Source of the DNA: Neoechinorhynchus agilis | Taxonomy: Eukaryota > Animalia > Acanthocephala | DNA: 64,000 nt | Reading direction: 5' to 3' | NCBI GenBank assembly: GCA_051530055.1 | Contig: CM121341.1 | Span: 14,114,784-14,178,783, forward strand | Shown here: positions 35,047-47,029 of the stretch, piece after piece | Layout of the letters: every line of letters begins with the position of its first letter | How positions within the stretch are numbered: position 1 is the stretch's first letter | Notes under the pieces: generated by a model | What the model was told of the DNA's origin: nothing | The model's database searches: none | The model's input: only the letters and a program-made list of their open reading frames with translations | Program-made: the position numbers and the translations under genes

Positions 35047-36115
35047 TTGAACGAAGGTCCTATATTGAGGACCTTCATATACCTTATAAATAAAGCTGAA
35101 AGGAAACGATTTAAAGAACTCATAAATAATGACACTATTTCAATTGGAAAGGCGGACAAAAGCAATATGATTGTCATCTTGAGCAGAGACGTCTACCTTA
35201 AAAAGATCGCAAGCATCGTTGATGATTCATCAAAATTCGAAATAATCAATAACTCTGCAGAGAAATCCATAAAAGCGATAACCAACCAATTAAATAAAAT
35301 TATTGATAAAGTGAATTCTAAAGCAGGACATAAAATCTTCGAACGAGTAAGCTGACACGAGGAGGTTGATTATATTTACAGCAATCCAAAAAACCGCAAA
35401 GATACCAATGATCTCCCTCTAAGGCCTATAATTTCAAGCATAGGTGCGCCAGTTTATGAAGTAATTATGATGGTGAACTGAAGGAAAAAAATTATGAATA
35501 TATTAATCAGAATTTTCGACTAATGCGTTGGTATTCTTCAGTGATAGTTTGTTAGTATCGAAGACACTAAATCGGTTACTTATGCCATATATACCGACTG
35601 GATATAACTGCCGAACGACGAACGAATTCATGGACGTCATCAGAAACAACATAGCTACCGGAATTATGTCGTCTCTAGACGTATGCAATTTATTTACAAA
35701 TATTGCAATAGATGAAAAGATTACAATTATCTATGAAAAGATATATCGAGGAAACGAAAATCCATTACCGGACATTGAGGAAGAGGACTTGAAAATACTT
35801 AACCATTTCGAGGCGAAACATAAAAAAGAATATTGAAACAAGAAATCATCGACAATACGCAATATTAGCAAGGGCAAGGCGTTGCAAGGAACTCTTAATT
35901 CTCGAAGCTATTGTTATACAAAAACATTCACCATCAATAAAAGGGATGAAGGGATCACAACGATCCTTTACACCTTCCAATAAAAAAAATTGATAAATCA
36001 ACATCAATCGACAATTATATACATAAATTAACGCGATTGTGCATGCGTTTATATCATTTTAAATTCTGAAGATGACCACAGTTGATGGCCGAAAATTTAA
36101 TAATATTAATTTCTA
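35047..36115 (+). mobile_element. Internally deleted PLE: RT N-half fused to 3' end/pLTR
   Basis: KADKSNMIVILSRDVY, RPIISSIGAP and SLDVCNLFTNIAID, then a jump at about 35810 into the GIY-YIG tail/pLTR shared with 31150-31630. Confidence 0.85.
36063..36101 (+). ncRNA. Minimal hammerhead variant (AAUU stem III)
   Basis: auu CUGAAGA U GACCA-caguuga-UGGCC GAAA AUUU aau: one mismatch in stem II, triplet UUU. Confidence 0.6.
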
Positions 36116-36139
36116 TTCTAACCAATTGTTCCTTCGAAT

Positions 36140-36700
36140 GGATGTGTATTCCCAATGGCGAATTGTAACACACTCGAGTTTTATTGTAATCAATCTTGCG
36201 AATTTTCAAGGCCTCAGCCTCCTTCTCAAGCATCCAAAAATGGATACGACTCTGGTTCCCTACTATCCGTCAGGACCCAAACTGAGCGGGATATTGCAAG
36301 TGAAATCATCACAGCTTATGGAAAATCGATGCGTGGTATATTATATACCCTCTAAGGATTGCGACCAAGTCTATGTTGGACAGACAAAACAGGGGACGCG
36401 AAAAAGAGTCAAGCAACATGAGTATCCGCTACGACGAAGTGACGTGTCATCAGCTTTATTCAATCACGCTATCAACAACGACCACAGAATCGATTTTGAA
36501 AACGCGTGTACATGCTTCAGCGCAGGGGTGAAACATCACCTCGGGAATTGACGGTCCCGCGCAACCGAGTCAAGGCTACCAACTAAGGTACCCTCCACCA
36601 CATCAATTTTTATATGCTTGAGAAGGAGGCTGAGGCCTTGAAAATTCGCAAGATTGATTTCAATAAAACTCGAGTGTGTTACAATTCGCCATTGAGAATT
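36140..36700 (+). mobile_element. Second PLE fragment (GIY-YIG) bracketed by an ~85-bp inverted repeat, nested in the pLTR
   Basis: VVYYIPSKDCDQVYVGQTKQGTRKRVKQHE...SALFNHA..DHRIDFEN. 36149-36232 is the reverse complement of 36614-36695. The host pLTR resumes at atttctat (about 36700). Confidence 0.85.
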
Positions 36701-36909
36701 GATTTCTATGTGGCTGTAATGGGTATCGAGTATAATATTGAAAAAGATCAATAATATGCAACGAAAGGAATTTCTAAATACTTAACCTAGAGTTATTTTA
36801 CCTTTTAAACCGGCTTTTATCTTTAAAATTACTCCTTAATATCTTTTCAAAAGGTGTGTCGCATAAAATTTAACTAAATATTTTAATGTCTTGGATTATT
36901 ATCTTCGAG

Positions 36910-37230
36910 GAAAAAGAGACTTTCTTTTGGAAGTTTTGCCACCCCGCATTTAGATTCACTAATTTATTTCCGATATTTCGTCGGATAATTTCGACAGTTC
37001 CTCAAGGTTTGTCCGACGAAGTATCGGAAATAAATTACTTTCTTTTGGCAGTTTTGCCACTCAGGATTTAATTTCACTAATTATGAAAACTTTTGTTCAA
37101 CTTAAATAGTACAAAACTTACGAGCAATGACAAACATAGATAATATCGGAATTATCCGACGGAATATCGGAAATAAATTAGTCAATTTAAATCCGGGGTG
37201 GCAATACAACCAAAAGAAAGTAAATATTTT
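36910..37230. repeat. Foldback/MITE-like element with ~85-bp inverted arms
   Basis: 36910-36995 is the reverse complement of 37143-37230 (ttgccacccc..attta.att.actaatttatttccgatatt.cgtcggataatt). There is an internal partial direct copy at 37010-37080. Confidence 0.75.
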
Positions 37231-37824
37231 TTGTTGCAACTAAACAAGGTTTAAAAATTCGCTCAAAATTGTTTTTTGAAACGCGCTTACTTTCACTTAT
37301 AATCGATCGTTTTAAGGTTCGCTTTAAAGTTTGTTCAATATTCATCTACTTTAAAAAGATTTTCCGATGAACCACTTAAATCTTTCGAAAATGCATGCAT
37401 TCACAAAATGACTTTGCGGATTTGGCGCTTCTAGTGAGTGTTCGAAGGCATCTGCTCTAGCTATAAAAACGTTCATTAGCTTACTTAGACATATGTTTGA
37501 ACTCACTGTATGCGTCTAGATCATCATTTTGCGATCATCCTGCAGTTGGCTAAGCCCGAATATGATGCCAAAGCGTTGGCTTTTGAATCCATTAGAGTAT
37601 ATCGCTACCAAGATCTATGATCCATAATAGTAATTGCTGCCATTTCGGCACAACTACAACATAAATGCCATGCTATCGGAGTGAGGAATGAACCAGTTTT
37701 TCCTATGACGGAAAGATATTTTCGCTGCCTCAAAAGTTCTTCCGCCCAATCAACAAAGGGTCACGATTAATTTTACTCATTTGTCGCTATCAAAATCTAT
37801 TAAACTAAATCCTCCTCTGCTATC

Positions 37825-38403
37825 TCAGACAGCACAATTCGTGCAAAGAATGCCACCAGCATCGCTAGGACAATAACTTCCATCACTGATGACTTGTTCG
37901 CATTTTGAGCACTTAAAACACTCATCGTGCCAGAACTTTTCCTGGCTATGGACATATCTAGCGCCGGGAGCAACCGGCTTTCCACATGCAGTACAGATCT
38001 TCGCGCTTTTTTCAATACAGTTCTTACATTGAAGAATGATTTTCGATTTTTCTGAATCCATTTTCATTCGAAAGCTTTCACCCGGTTTAATCGCGCTGCC
38101 GCAAGTGCATGCAAAACACCGCTTGTGGAATACCTTGTCGTTGTGGACAATATCTTCGGTTCCTCCAGTGACCGGACCATCGCACATCGCACATTGTTTT
38201 GAAGGAAGTTCATTTTTGCGGCACTCTGCACATATTGATATCGATTTGTTATTCTCGGTTCGTGGGAAATAGGTGCCCGCGATTGGTTTCTCGCATCTAT
38301 CACATACGAAGCACACTAGGTGGTAGCTTTTTCCAGCTGACTCGATAATCTTCCCCTCGGTAATGTCCTTCTCGCATTTATGGCACTTCGTCAAGTTGGG
38401 CAT
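37825..38403 (-). CDS. LIM-only protein with three LIM domains (192 aa, intronless CDS)
   Basis: ATG at 38403. Three CxxC-x16-18-HxxC-xxC...CxxC units. A tttcag acceptor just upstream suggests a 5'UTR intron. Confidence 0.92.
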   Translation of the reverse strand: MPNLTKCHKCEKDITEGKIIESAGKSYHLVCFVCDRCEKPIAGTYFPRTENNKSISICAECRKNELPSKQCAMCDGPVTGGTEDIVHNDKVFHKRCFACTCGSAIKPGESFRMKMDSEKSKIILQCKNCIEKSAKICTACGKPVAPGARYVHSQEKFWHDECFKCSKCEQVISDGSYCPSDAGGILCTNCAV

Positions 38404-41400
38404 CGTCTGAAAGTGCGAGTGGGTAAAGAAACATACGGTCCGTGGGTTTATATGTTCTCGCTTTCTTTTCAAAGGGATTCCCACGTTCTTTGAAAAGAAC
38501 TACATGGCTATATAAACACTCAGAGCTCGACCCAAAAGCCTACTTGCCAAATATACAAAGGCACTTATAAACAATTTTATGTCAGTAAACGCGAAACCAC
38601 CAACGTTGCTTCACGGAGTCGAACACAGAGAAAAACCAGAGGAGAAATGAGAAAGTGACAGAAACGAATAGGGTTCAATCAGAATGCTACTACTTATCAT
38701 CGGCGCGGTATGCCGATCCCGATGAGTTATCAATCGAAATGTGAGAAGGGCGTGGCACATAATCACTGCTATGCAACCCTGCCAAGCGCGCGCGCTCTTC
38801 TTCGCACTGCTCAATTGCGTACGGTTGCCATGGTAACCGAAATTCTCAAAAAACTTATTCTGCTAGCAAAATTGGCTAAACTTATTTACTTTCGAAATCG
38901 ATTAAAATGGCCGAAAATATTAGAAAAAAAACAGAATTGCCTCCAGGAATGCAATCAGAATTTTTGAGGTGTAAAAGGAAACACCTACCATGCGTTTCCA
39001 GAATTGATTGTACCTAACGGGACTACAAATAGAACAAAATTTAAATTTTTTTGTAAATTTCTCATACTTTTCATTGATGCGGATCCAGTTCTACACGACA
39101 GAATTGATTTTTTTCATGTGACGTAATTTCTCTGGTCAACACTGGTCAGTTGGTTTCCATAGTTTAAAGATTGTGGAAGGTGGTTGAGGGAATACCAAAA
39201 CGTCTTTGTGACGTCCATCAAAAGTACTTTAAGTCAGAGATAGACGAGACGCAATAGACATCGTCTTTGGTCGACAATTCTATGGTACCTTGAAAGATTC
39301 TTAAACTATTGGTACCAACGGGGTAGCAGTTCTTCGAAAATATCTCGTATTAAAACTACAAATGTGCCTTCAGATATCTTTTAAAATTACGCTTTGCCAT
39401 TTAAATTTTTAATAATTAATTCTTCTTTTAACTTCAACCACGGTCGAATTTCTCCGAAAAAAGTGAAGCAAAATAATTCCCCGGCTGTGATTCGTCTAAA
39501 ACACACTAGGAAATTATACAATGTTTTTGCGATTCAGAGTTAAGAATAAATTGGTACCAAAAACCAATTTCCAAGCATGGTATTTTAATTTAAGAATTAA
39601 TGCAACGAAATGAAGTTTTAATTACACGAAATCAAAATGTCTTTTCATACTTGTCGGTTCTGATTAAATCAATCCATTTGTCAAAAAGCTAAGTAAACTA
39701 GTCTTTAAACGACTTTAAAAATCTCTCTCTGGTGTCGATTTTTGACCAAAATAATAACATAATCTCTAAACGTATAGGTTTTATTTTCTCGACCGAAATA
39801 AATCAGCTAATTTTTGTTTATTTAAAAGAAGCATATTAATGAAAGTGAGAGGGATTATTTTTCAAAAAACGTGAGCGATGAGTTAAAAAAGTTCAGAGAA
39901 ATCGTTGGCTGCTTAAATTCATTTTGCCTGAAACAAAATTGAGCGCGGACCAATGGCAAAAATGTGAGGACAAAAATAATTTTTAGGGTCCTCACGTGAA
40001 GTGTTTTTGCAGCGCACCGAAAATATCGACTAAAAAGGGGAAATTCGTGCGTAAATAGCGAAACTAATCTTATCCAGATAGTGGGACTACAATCCTGTTC
40101 GGTTTTTCTCATTGATCAAACAAAGTGTTCGAAAATGGCAATAACGTTTTCGTTAGGACTTAGAAAGTGAGTGTTTTGACATTATTTACAGGCTTGGCAT
40201 TCTTTACAACTCTAAAAAGATTTGCGACTAGTCACGCGAATAACTGCAAAAAGAAACACTCATACCCATTCGAACTTAGAGGTATTCACGGTACTGCTCC
40301 ATACGAAAGGTTCCATATGTCAATGGTCGGCCATGGCAAAATATGAACGAAACAAGGAACGAGAAAAGTTTAGGAAGCGTGGTGTAATCTTTCGAAAATG
40401 TCTAAAAACGCTTCACACTAAACGATGAAGAGAGTGAATTCCACAGCTAAACAAGACTAAGAGTTTAGCACACTTTTCGCAGTGAAAGGACGTGCTATGC
40501 ATTTTGTGAGCTAAGCACGTTAGCAACATTTTAGACAGCAGGAAGAGGGTGTTAGTGCTTCACCTCCTCGCGTTATGAGTCAAGGGGTGTGCCAAGCTTC
40601 TTTGTGCCCATTCAGCCGTATATGGAAAAAATAATCTAAAACATATCTATCGATGATGAACTTTTCTAGTATACATTAAATGAGCCAAATGAAGATTCAA
40701 TATTCTGCGTTATATATTTAAACGAATCAGCGATCTTAACCAATATTTTAGCTCAGCGATACGATGTCGATGGAATCACATATAGGGGATCGAAAATCGT
40801 AATTTAATAAGCTTGAGGTTCGAGTGTTCATATACGTAAATTGAAACTCATACTATGAAAAGTCATCGTTTTTGTAGTACCAAAGACGGATAGTTGTACG
40901 TATTCGACTCGTGAGAGATTGAGCGAGAAAGCAAAATCAATGTAATATACAGCAAAAATGATTGGAAAGAAGTTTCTTTGATCAAATACGACGCCGCTAA
41001 CTTTAAATAGATATTTAGTGTGAATAACATCTAAAATTTATATCGATGCCAGGTTTTTATTAGGAACTAAAACTCCAAAAAAACGGTTCGTTTTGCTCCA
41101 CAACTGGAAAATGCTATGAGCGAGACGCGCTATATCCATTGGGATATTTGATCATTGTGAGACACTCCACTATAAACGCAAAAGTGGCAGGTTGGAAACG
41201 TCAGGAGAGAAATTTGGGATGGCGACGTTAGCCTATTCTACTATAGAGCTGAGTTTCATATAGAATCGTCAAAACGAGCACAAGATGGATTCCGTTTACA
41301 TCAGTAGACAAGAAGATTGATTGATAATGAAAATGCCACCTTGCTTAGATCCAATGATCGTTACAATCTTTGCACATAGTTAAATGAGCAACCAACGACC

Positions 41401-43304
41401 CTTTAAATGGCGGACCTCCAGTTACTCTTTTCTTCAGATTGGATTCGCTAATCAAGGAGCTCCGCTATATCCCAAATCTTTCAAGTAGGCAAGTTTAAAC
41501 TAAATCACTTGCTAATTTAATCGATTATAACGTGTCAATATTCGATGTGTACGTTGATATGTTAAACCGTCGAATGTGACTATTTAAGTAGCGCTTTCTT
41601 AAGTTCTATTATGTCGAATTATCTGGTCAATCAAAATTATCATTATACAGGATTCATCATACGAAATTCTAGAAGACGAGCCTAAATTTGAAGGCATAAT
41701 TTTTGTCGGATTAAACCTTGATGAAAATATAATGCAGTCAAAACGCAATTTAGTGAAGATCATCTTATATTACTCCCTTCAGAAGTATCTACAGCCTCTG
41801 TGTAATAGAAGCCTGATCGTGTTTAAGCATAGCATTGAAAAATATATATTCAGATGTATCGAACTTCTCATATCGTGATGATAGTTCATGAATTTATAAA
41901 GCTTAAACCAATTTGTTCGCGTTTACTCAGAGATTCAATTTTGCTATTGAGAACTAGACTGTGCTTCAATTGTGTCTTCGTGAAGTTCAATTCTCTCATT
42001 CATACGTCAATCGTAGGATTAGTGAAACACTATTCTGCGTATCAATCGTAAATAAATGCTTCTTTATATTACGATATTTGCGAATTTCGATTCCCGTTGG
42101 ACATTTATTTTCAAACACTAGCATCCATTAAAAAGTACAATTATATTACTGCCAACAAAAATGTTACTTAACGAGCATTGGTGCGTCTCAAATGATGTTT
42201 AAATAAGTCATTTATGCCATTTTCGACGAATTGATGCTTTACTTTAGATGGTGCTCCTAAAAGACAGGACGCAAATTATTCATTTTTCCTGGAAACAATT
42301 TCTCTCTCTACTAATCGATATAATATCAATCCTACGCGACTTTTGAAACCAAAAAGGTCAAACCTTCAGGTATGCGATGTTGCATTTTAAATCAGTAACG
42401 CCTCTGACTCCCAATTGGCTGAACTGTGTAACCTATTGCGTAAGCCTCATTTACTCTATTCCTCTTAAACACTTCACCAACGCCTTTGAAATAAAGACAA
42501 GTGCACTTTGTTAAGTTAAGAAGGAGTTGCATAACTCAAACAATATTGGGACAATTGTCTGCAAAGGCGTATTTGGTTAACTTTCAATTGTGTAGTTTGA
42601 AATTGATGGGTATTCTGATATTTATCGCATTGTGTGTCGTTTTGAAAATGGTCACAAATCAAGCGCCCGTCGTGTGCCATCGAAAAATTATCGAATATTC
42701 TAAAATGTATCGGAAATGCTCTGACGGACATCAGTGGTGTATGTTTCTTAGACCAAGGTACCAAGAATGTTATCCATTAGCGATGTGGTAAATTCTCTAG
42801 TAGGTACAATTGGGTTCGCGAGAGTATCGAATTCAAAGGTGCACTGAAGACAGGTAACATTCGTTGAATTCTTCGTTTCACGTAAATTTTCCTTATAGAT
42901 TTTTGCGATCATAACCATTTTCATGGACATTGCCAACACGAGTGTTGCATATTCGAACTGCTTCTCGATTCACCAAAGTGCTCCTGCGCTTTATTAGTAT
43001 CCTCGTTTAGTTTGGGCGTTGTCTTGACTTTTCATCTTTCGACTTTATGTAAATATTTCATCGTTGATTTTGTTCAACAACTAAGAAATGTGAATAGTCA
43101 ATGCGCCAATTTTTTGCAAATATGTTAGCTATTTGTGGGTAAAGAGAAATACATCAAAGAAAGTATTCAGTTGGAATATACTTTAAAGTAGGCAGAAACT
43201 TTAAAATACTAGATTATAACAACGAATTTATAATAAATACGTTAATTAAAATGCAAAATGTTTACTTCGCTTTTTCGTAAATTTCAGAACACATTATACT
43301 TTGG

Positions 43305-43352
43305 TAATAAATAATCATTTACCGGGTGTTGACCTAAACAATAATTCCAATC
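43305..43352 (+). mobile_element. Family-1 pLTR tail fragment (hammerhead absent)
   Basis: aataaataatcatttacYgggtgttgacctaaacaaYaattccaat is near-identical to 5761-5805. Confidence 0.8.
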
Positions 43353-43804
43353 ATATTCCCCCGTACCTCACATATCGACATTTACATTATACTTTATTAA
43401 ATTAAAACATAGGTTGAGATAGTTTCCCATTTATAATATAGTTAAAGAAGACTAGTGTGGTCTTTATGTTCGCAATGTTGCATTGAATAAGTTCTTAAAT
43501 TAGTATCCCGAGCATTTTTAAGAACCGTGCAGCGAGTTTAAACAACGCGCCAAGTTGCTAGTTAAACTTCTATTTTCAAAAACTAATAAACTAAAAGGAT
43601 ACCTTAGGATATAGTTTAAACAGCGACAATCGAACATGTTCACGTAAGTTAACCTTTGTTTTTTAAAGTATAAAGATTTGAATAAGGAATTCTGGATACA
43701 AAACAAGTTATTCTACAAATAGCTAAAAAAACTGTTTTCGGCGTTCAAAATAATAATCGTCAAAACAAATCAATGGTCAATACAACTAGTGGGCATGGCG
43801 ATAA

Positions 43805-44427
43805 ATGCGATCGTCTGATTGTGTTTATCGGTACGTATTGCCTGATAAATACATTTAATCGAAACTGAACAAAGGACTAATCACATACAATTTTGACTCT
43901 GATTGCGTTGGGAATCTTTTGAATTACCTTAGAAACATGAGCCAATATCCTCAGTATCAACCGTGTGGCGCCGAATCAATCACACCGACATTTCTCAAGT
44001 GCAAATGTCGACCTGGTTGGATTGGGACATTCTGCAATCAGACGTGCCCGATTGGAAAATTTGGGTACAACTGTTCGGAACCTTGCAAGTGCTCAAATAA
44101 TTCCCACTGTGATCATGTGACTGGTAATTGTGTAGGTAAGTTGGAACATTTGTTTAAGTATTTTACTAAGTTTGCTCCCATCAGACATTTCGACCAGCCT
44201 GCAATCATGTTCCGTTGATTGTGTATCCGGGAGATGCAATAAACACACGGGGAAATGTCAGTTAATGCTTCCGGAATTTCAAAGTTCAAGCAAATGTGCT
44301 GAGTTATGCTATACTATATTCGATGGAGTATTTGGAAGAACTAATTGTCATGCGATTTGCAGTAACGTTGATGAAATGCTAGCAAATGTATTCGGTGCTA
44401 GTTTCAGTGCTGAGCCAGTGCACCAAG
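43805..44427 (+). CDS. Laminin-type EGF (MEGF10/Draper-like) repeat gene, partial
   Basis: Exons 43805-43830 (tentative), 43933-44135 and 44185-44427, with phase-compatible GT-AG introns. Peptide CKCRPGWIGTFCNQTCPIGKFGYNCSEPCKCSNNSHCDHVTGNC. The 3' end is unresolved. Confidence 0.7.
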
Positions 44428-44849
44428 GTTAGTGTATGCAGTGCGAATTAAATTTAAAAAGATACTCGTCGTCGAAAATAATGCAGTAATTTTTATGCAT
44501 ATCTAATAATCCCGACAATCTAATGAGGTTTTCGCAATGTTGAACTGTAGATGTTTTACATCCTTTTGCTTGTTGTTCTTTAGTAAAACTGCGGCTTAAA
44601 TCATCAAGGATTTTTTCTAAAAGCTGTTAACTTTTAAGCGCGACTGAAAATTTCTCGGCGGTCGCTAACGACGAATTGGGTTTTTAGTTAGCATTTTTGA
44701 ATTTTATTGTGAATGAATCGCCCGAATGTGACGCATTACTTTCGGTCATATTTTATCCAGAGTTAAATTGGAAATTTTTATTATGAACAATACTCTCGCC
44801 TCATAGCACCAGCGACTCAATGCGTCTTTACATAAATCATGAGATCAAT

Positions 44850-45420
44850 CTATTTTCTCATTTCGTACTCAAGCACAGGAAAAGTTATTTGGTTTCAATC
44901 TGTAGATGTTATGTGATATCACCCTCTTCCAAGAGAAACCATACTTCCCACAAACATTATAATCATCGCTGTTCGCAGGTACCCGGTCCCTTCCTTTCAT
45001 TACCTTGTTACAGAAATTGGTTCCTCGATTCATTTGGTGAATTGGGACTTCTTTGAGGAACTCACTTTTACCATAATGCCTGGTAATACGAATCCTCGTT
45101 CCTTGTGCCCAAAAACATGTTGTCACGCTAGAAGCAAATTTATTTTTACGTTTTTAGTGATTTGCTCCATTTTAGTGAATCGAGAAGTGAAGTTCCGGGC
45201 ATCTAGATCGAATAAGTGTGTCAATGAATTATTCTAAATTTGCTTTCACTTTTTACATGATATTCGCTCCTTTCAGGACGTCACGCGCCAGAACCCTATT
45301 GTCTCGAGGTACCACACTGTCTCATTCACAGGTTCGCCCCTTTGCCGAAAACCTATTAAACATTAGCGGATCTTCAACTCCATACTTCTCTCACTCCAGC
45401 ATCATTATATGGACGACTTT
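44850..45420 (-). mobile_element. Possible degenerate Ty3/gypsy gag remnant
   Basis: LIGFRQRGEPVNETVWYLETIG (gag Q..GE.V..Y-like) and DRVPANSDDYNVCGKYGFSW (decayed CPA....C..CGK.GHF knuckle), with many stops. Confidence 0.4.
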
Positions 45421-45971
45421 CCAAAATGTCACAAGACCTATAGTGTACATTTGAACTTCTTTACCTTTTCAATTCTTTACCGATAACCCAAACATCATCT
45501 TTTGTTTCCAGTATGTAAAGCAGCGGATCTAATGTCAGCATTTGTTGATGTGGAATGCGGTTTTAAGGGTTAATGAATAATTCCTTGGGTTACCATAGCG
45601 CATCGGGTCGACCGTGGTCGATAAGTGGATCGGGCATTTAGTTTTGATCTCCGAACAATGGGCGTCTCACTACGCGACATCGACCTTGCTCATGTCATTT
45701 TAGTGTCTCACAGACTATCGCAAAGCTTTCTAGCTTTGTGAAGTCTAAAGTAGACTTCAACTCGTTTTTAATGGTGTGTGTTCCAACTAAAGGACATTTA
45801 TCCAAATAACGCTCCACGCGCGCATACATCTTCCTCACGGTGTCCGTAATATTCTCACTTGCACACGAACCTAATGTGTCTTGCATTATCATCCAGAGGA
45901 CAATAGAGAAAACAAGCGTGATAAATTGGAACAACGAAGTCGTAGTAACCTGAAGAAGACCCATATCGCGT

Positions 45972-47029
45972 TTGATGGCAACCAGAACATCAATTTATAC
46001 ACTCGTCCCGTCCACGTTTTCTACTAAACAACCAAAATGTCACTGTTGCTGCCAACTAACCACGTCCGGCTCACAAAGGTCCAACTCATCACCTTGTGGC
46101 GACTCCGAAAAAACTATCATTGACTGGTCTACAATGCCCGTATCCAGAGTAAGGAACGTGGACTTCCCCTACAGCTCGGATAACAATAGTGCATTTGCGA
46201 CTGATTCGCTAGATGAACACAAACGGCGACTTTTATCTCCAGATTATCCCGTACGAAAGGAACTGATAACGTTAGCGGGGAACTATTTTTATAAATCAAT
46301 TCCTTTCATAGCTCAGCCCCTTCAATTCTATAGAAGACTCTCTTGTGCACTCATCATCGGCGCTTTAGTCACAAGCACTATTTTGACCCTTACAGCAATT
46401 CTACTAGTCTATCATGTTCACTACGCCTCTCACGAAACCCACGATGCCGCCGGATACCCCAAAACGTCGTTATTTAACCAGCCTCCGCCAACTGAAATCG
46501 TTACTATGCATCCTATAAAAAGACGAATAGTTATAAATGACGCGCATTTCACTGACCTTCATAAATCAACTCAAGTTGCCCAAGTGAAGCATTTCACAAC
46601 ACCACCTAAGTTAACCACAACTAAGAAAATCGAAGAAAATTTGCCGTCGGATTATATGGCAGGCTCCGACGACGAATATGGCGATGCGAACGAAATCCCC
46701 GTTGAAGAGATCATGAAAGCTAAATTTTTCGTAGAAAAAGAAGAAGGTTGTTCAGTGCGGCATAAATCAGTCTAAAAATCTTCTTTTTTCATTTAGGATG
46801 CGGCCCAAATACGTTTGGAAAGATTTGTCAACAATGTAAATGCCCGCTGCCTAATCAACTGTGCAATAAACGAACAGGTGAATGCACTTGCCAACCAGGA
46901 TGGACCGGGCCGAAATGCGATGTTCCAAATGAACCTATAAGTACGTATAACAACACTTTTAATACTTAAATCTGCCACTTTTTTACAGTTCGTCCTACTC
47001 GTGGTGATTTCGTGGCTCAAATCAATTGA
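45972..47029 (+). CDS. Type II membrane protein: cytoplasmic N-terminus, TM, Thr/Pro stalk, laminin-type EGF, C-terminal RGD
   Basis: Exons 45972-46746, 46797-46940 and 46989-47029, with GT-AG introns of 50 and 48 nt in matching phase 1. TM LSCALIIGALVTSTILTLTAILLVY preceded by RR. EGF CGPNTFGKICQQCKC...TGECTCQPGWTGPKC. Last exon IRPTRGDFVAQIN*. Confidence 0.78.

Noticed and set aside
40300-40430. TKQGTRK peptide similar to the PLE at 36380
   Set aside because: The match is too short and the surrounding GIY-YIG residues are not recoverable.
40745-40830. tRNA or tRNA-SINE (tagctcagcg ... ggttcgagt)
   Set aside because: The box spacing is about 60 nt, with no acceptor or anticodon stems.
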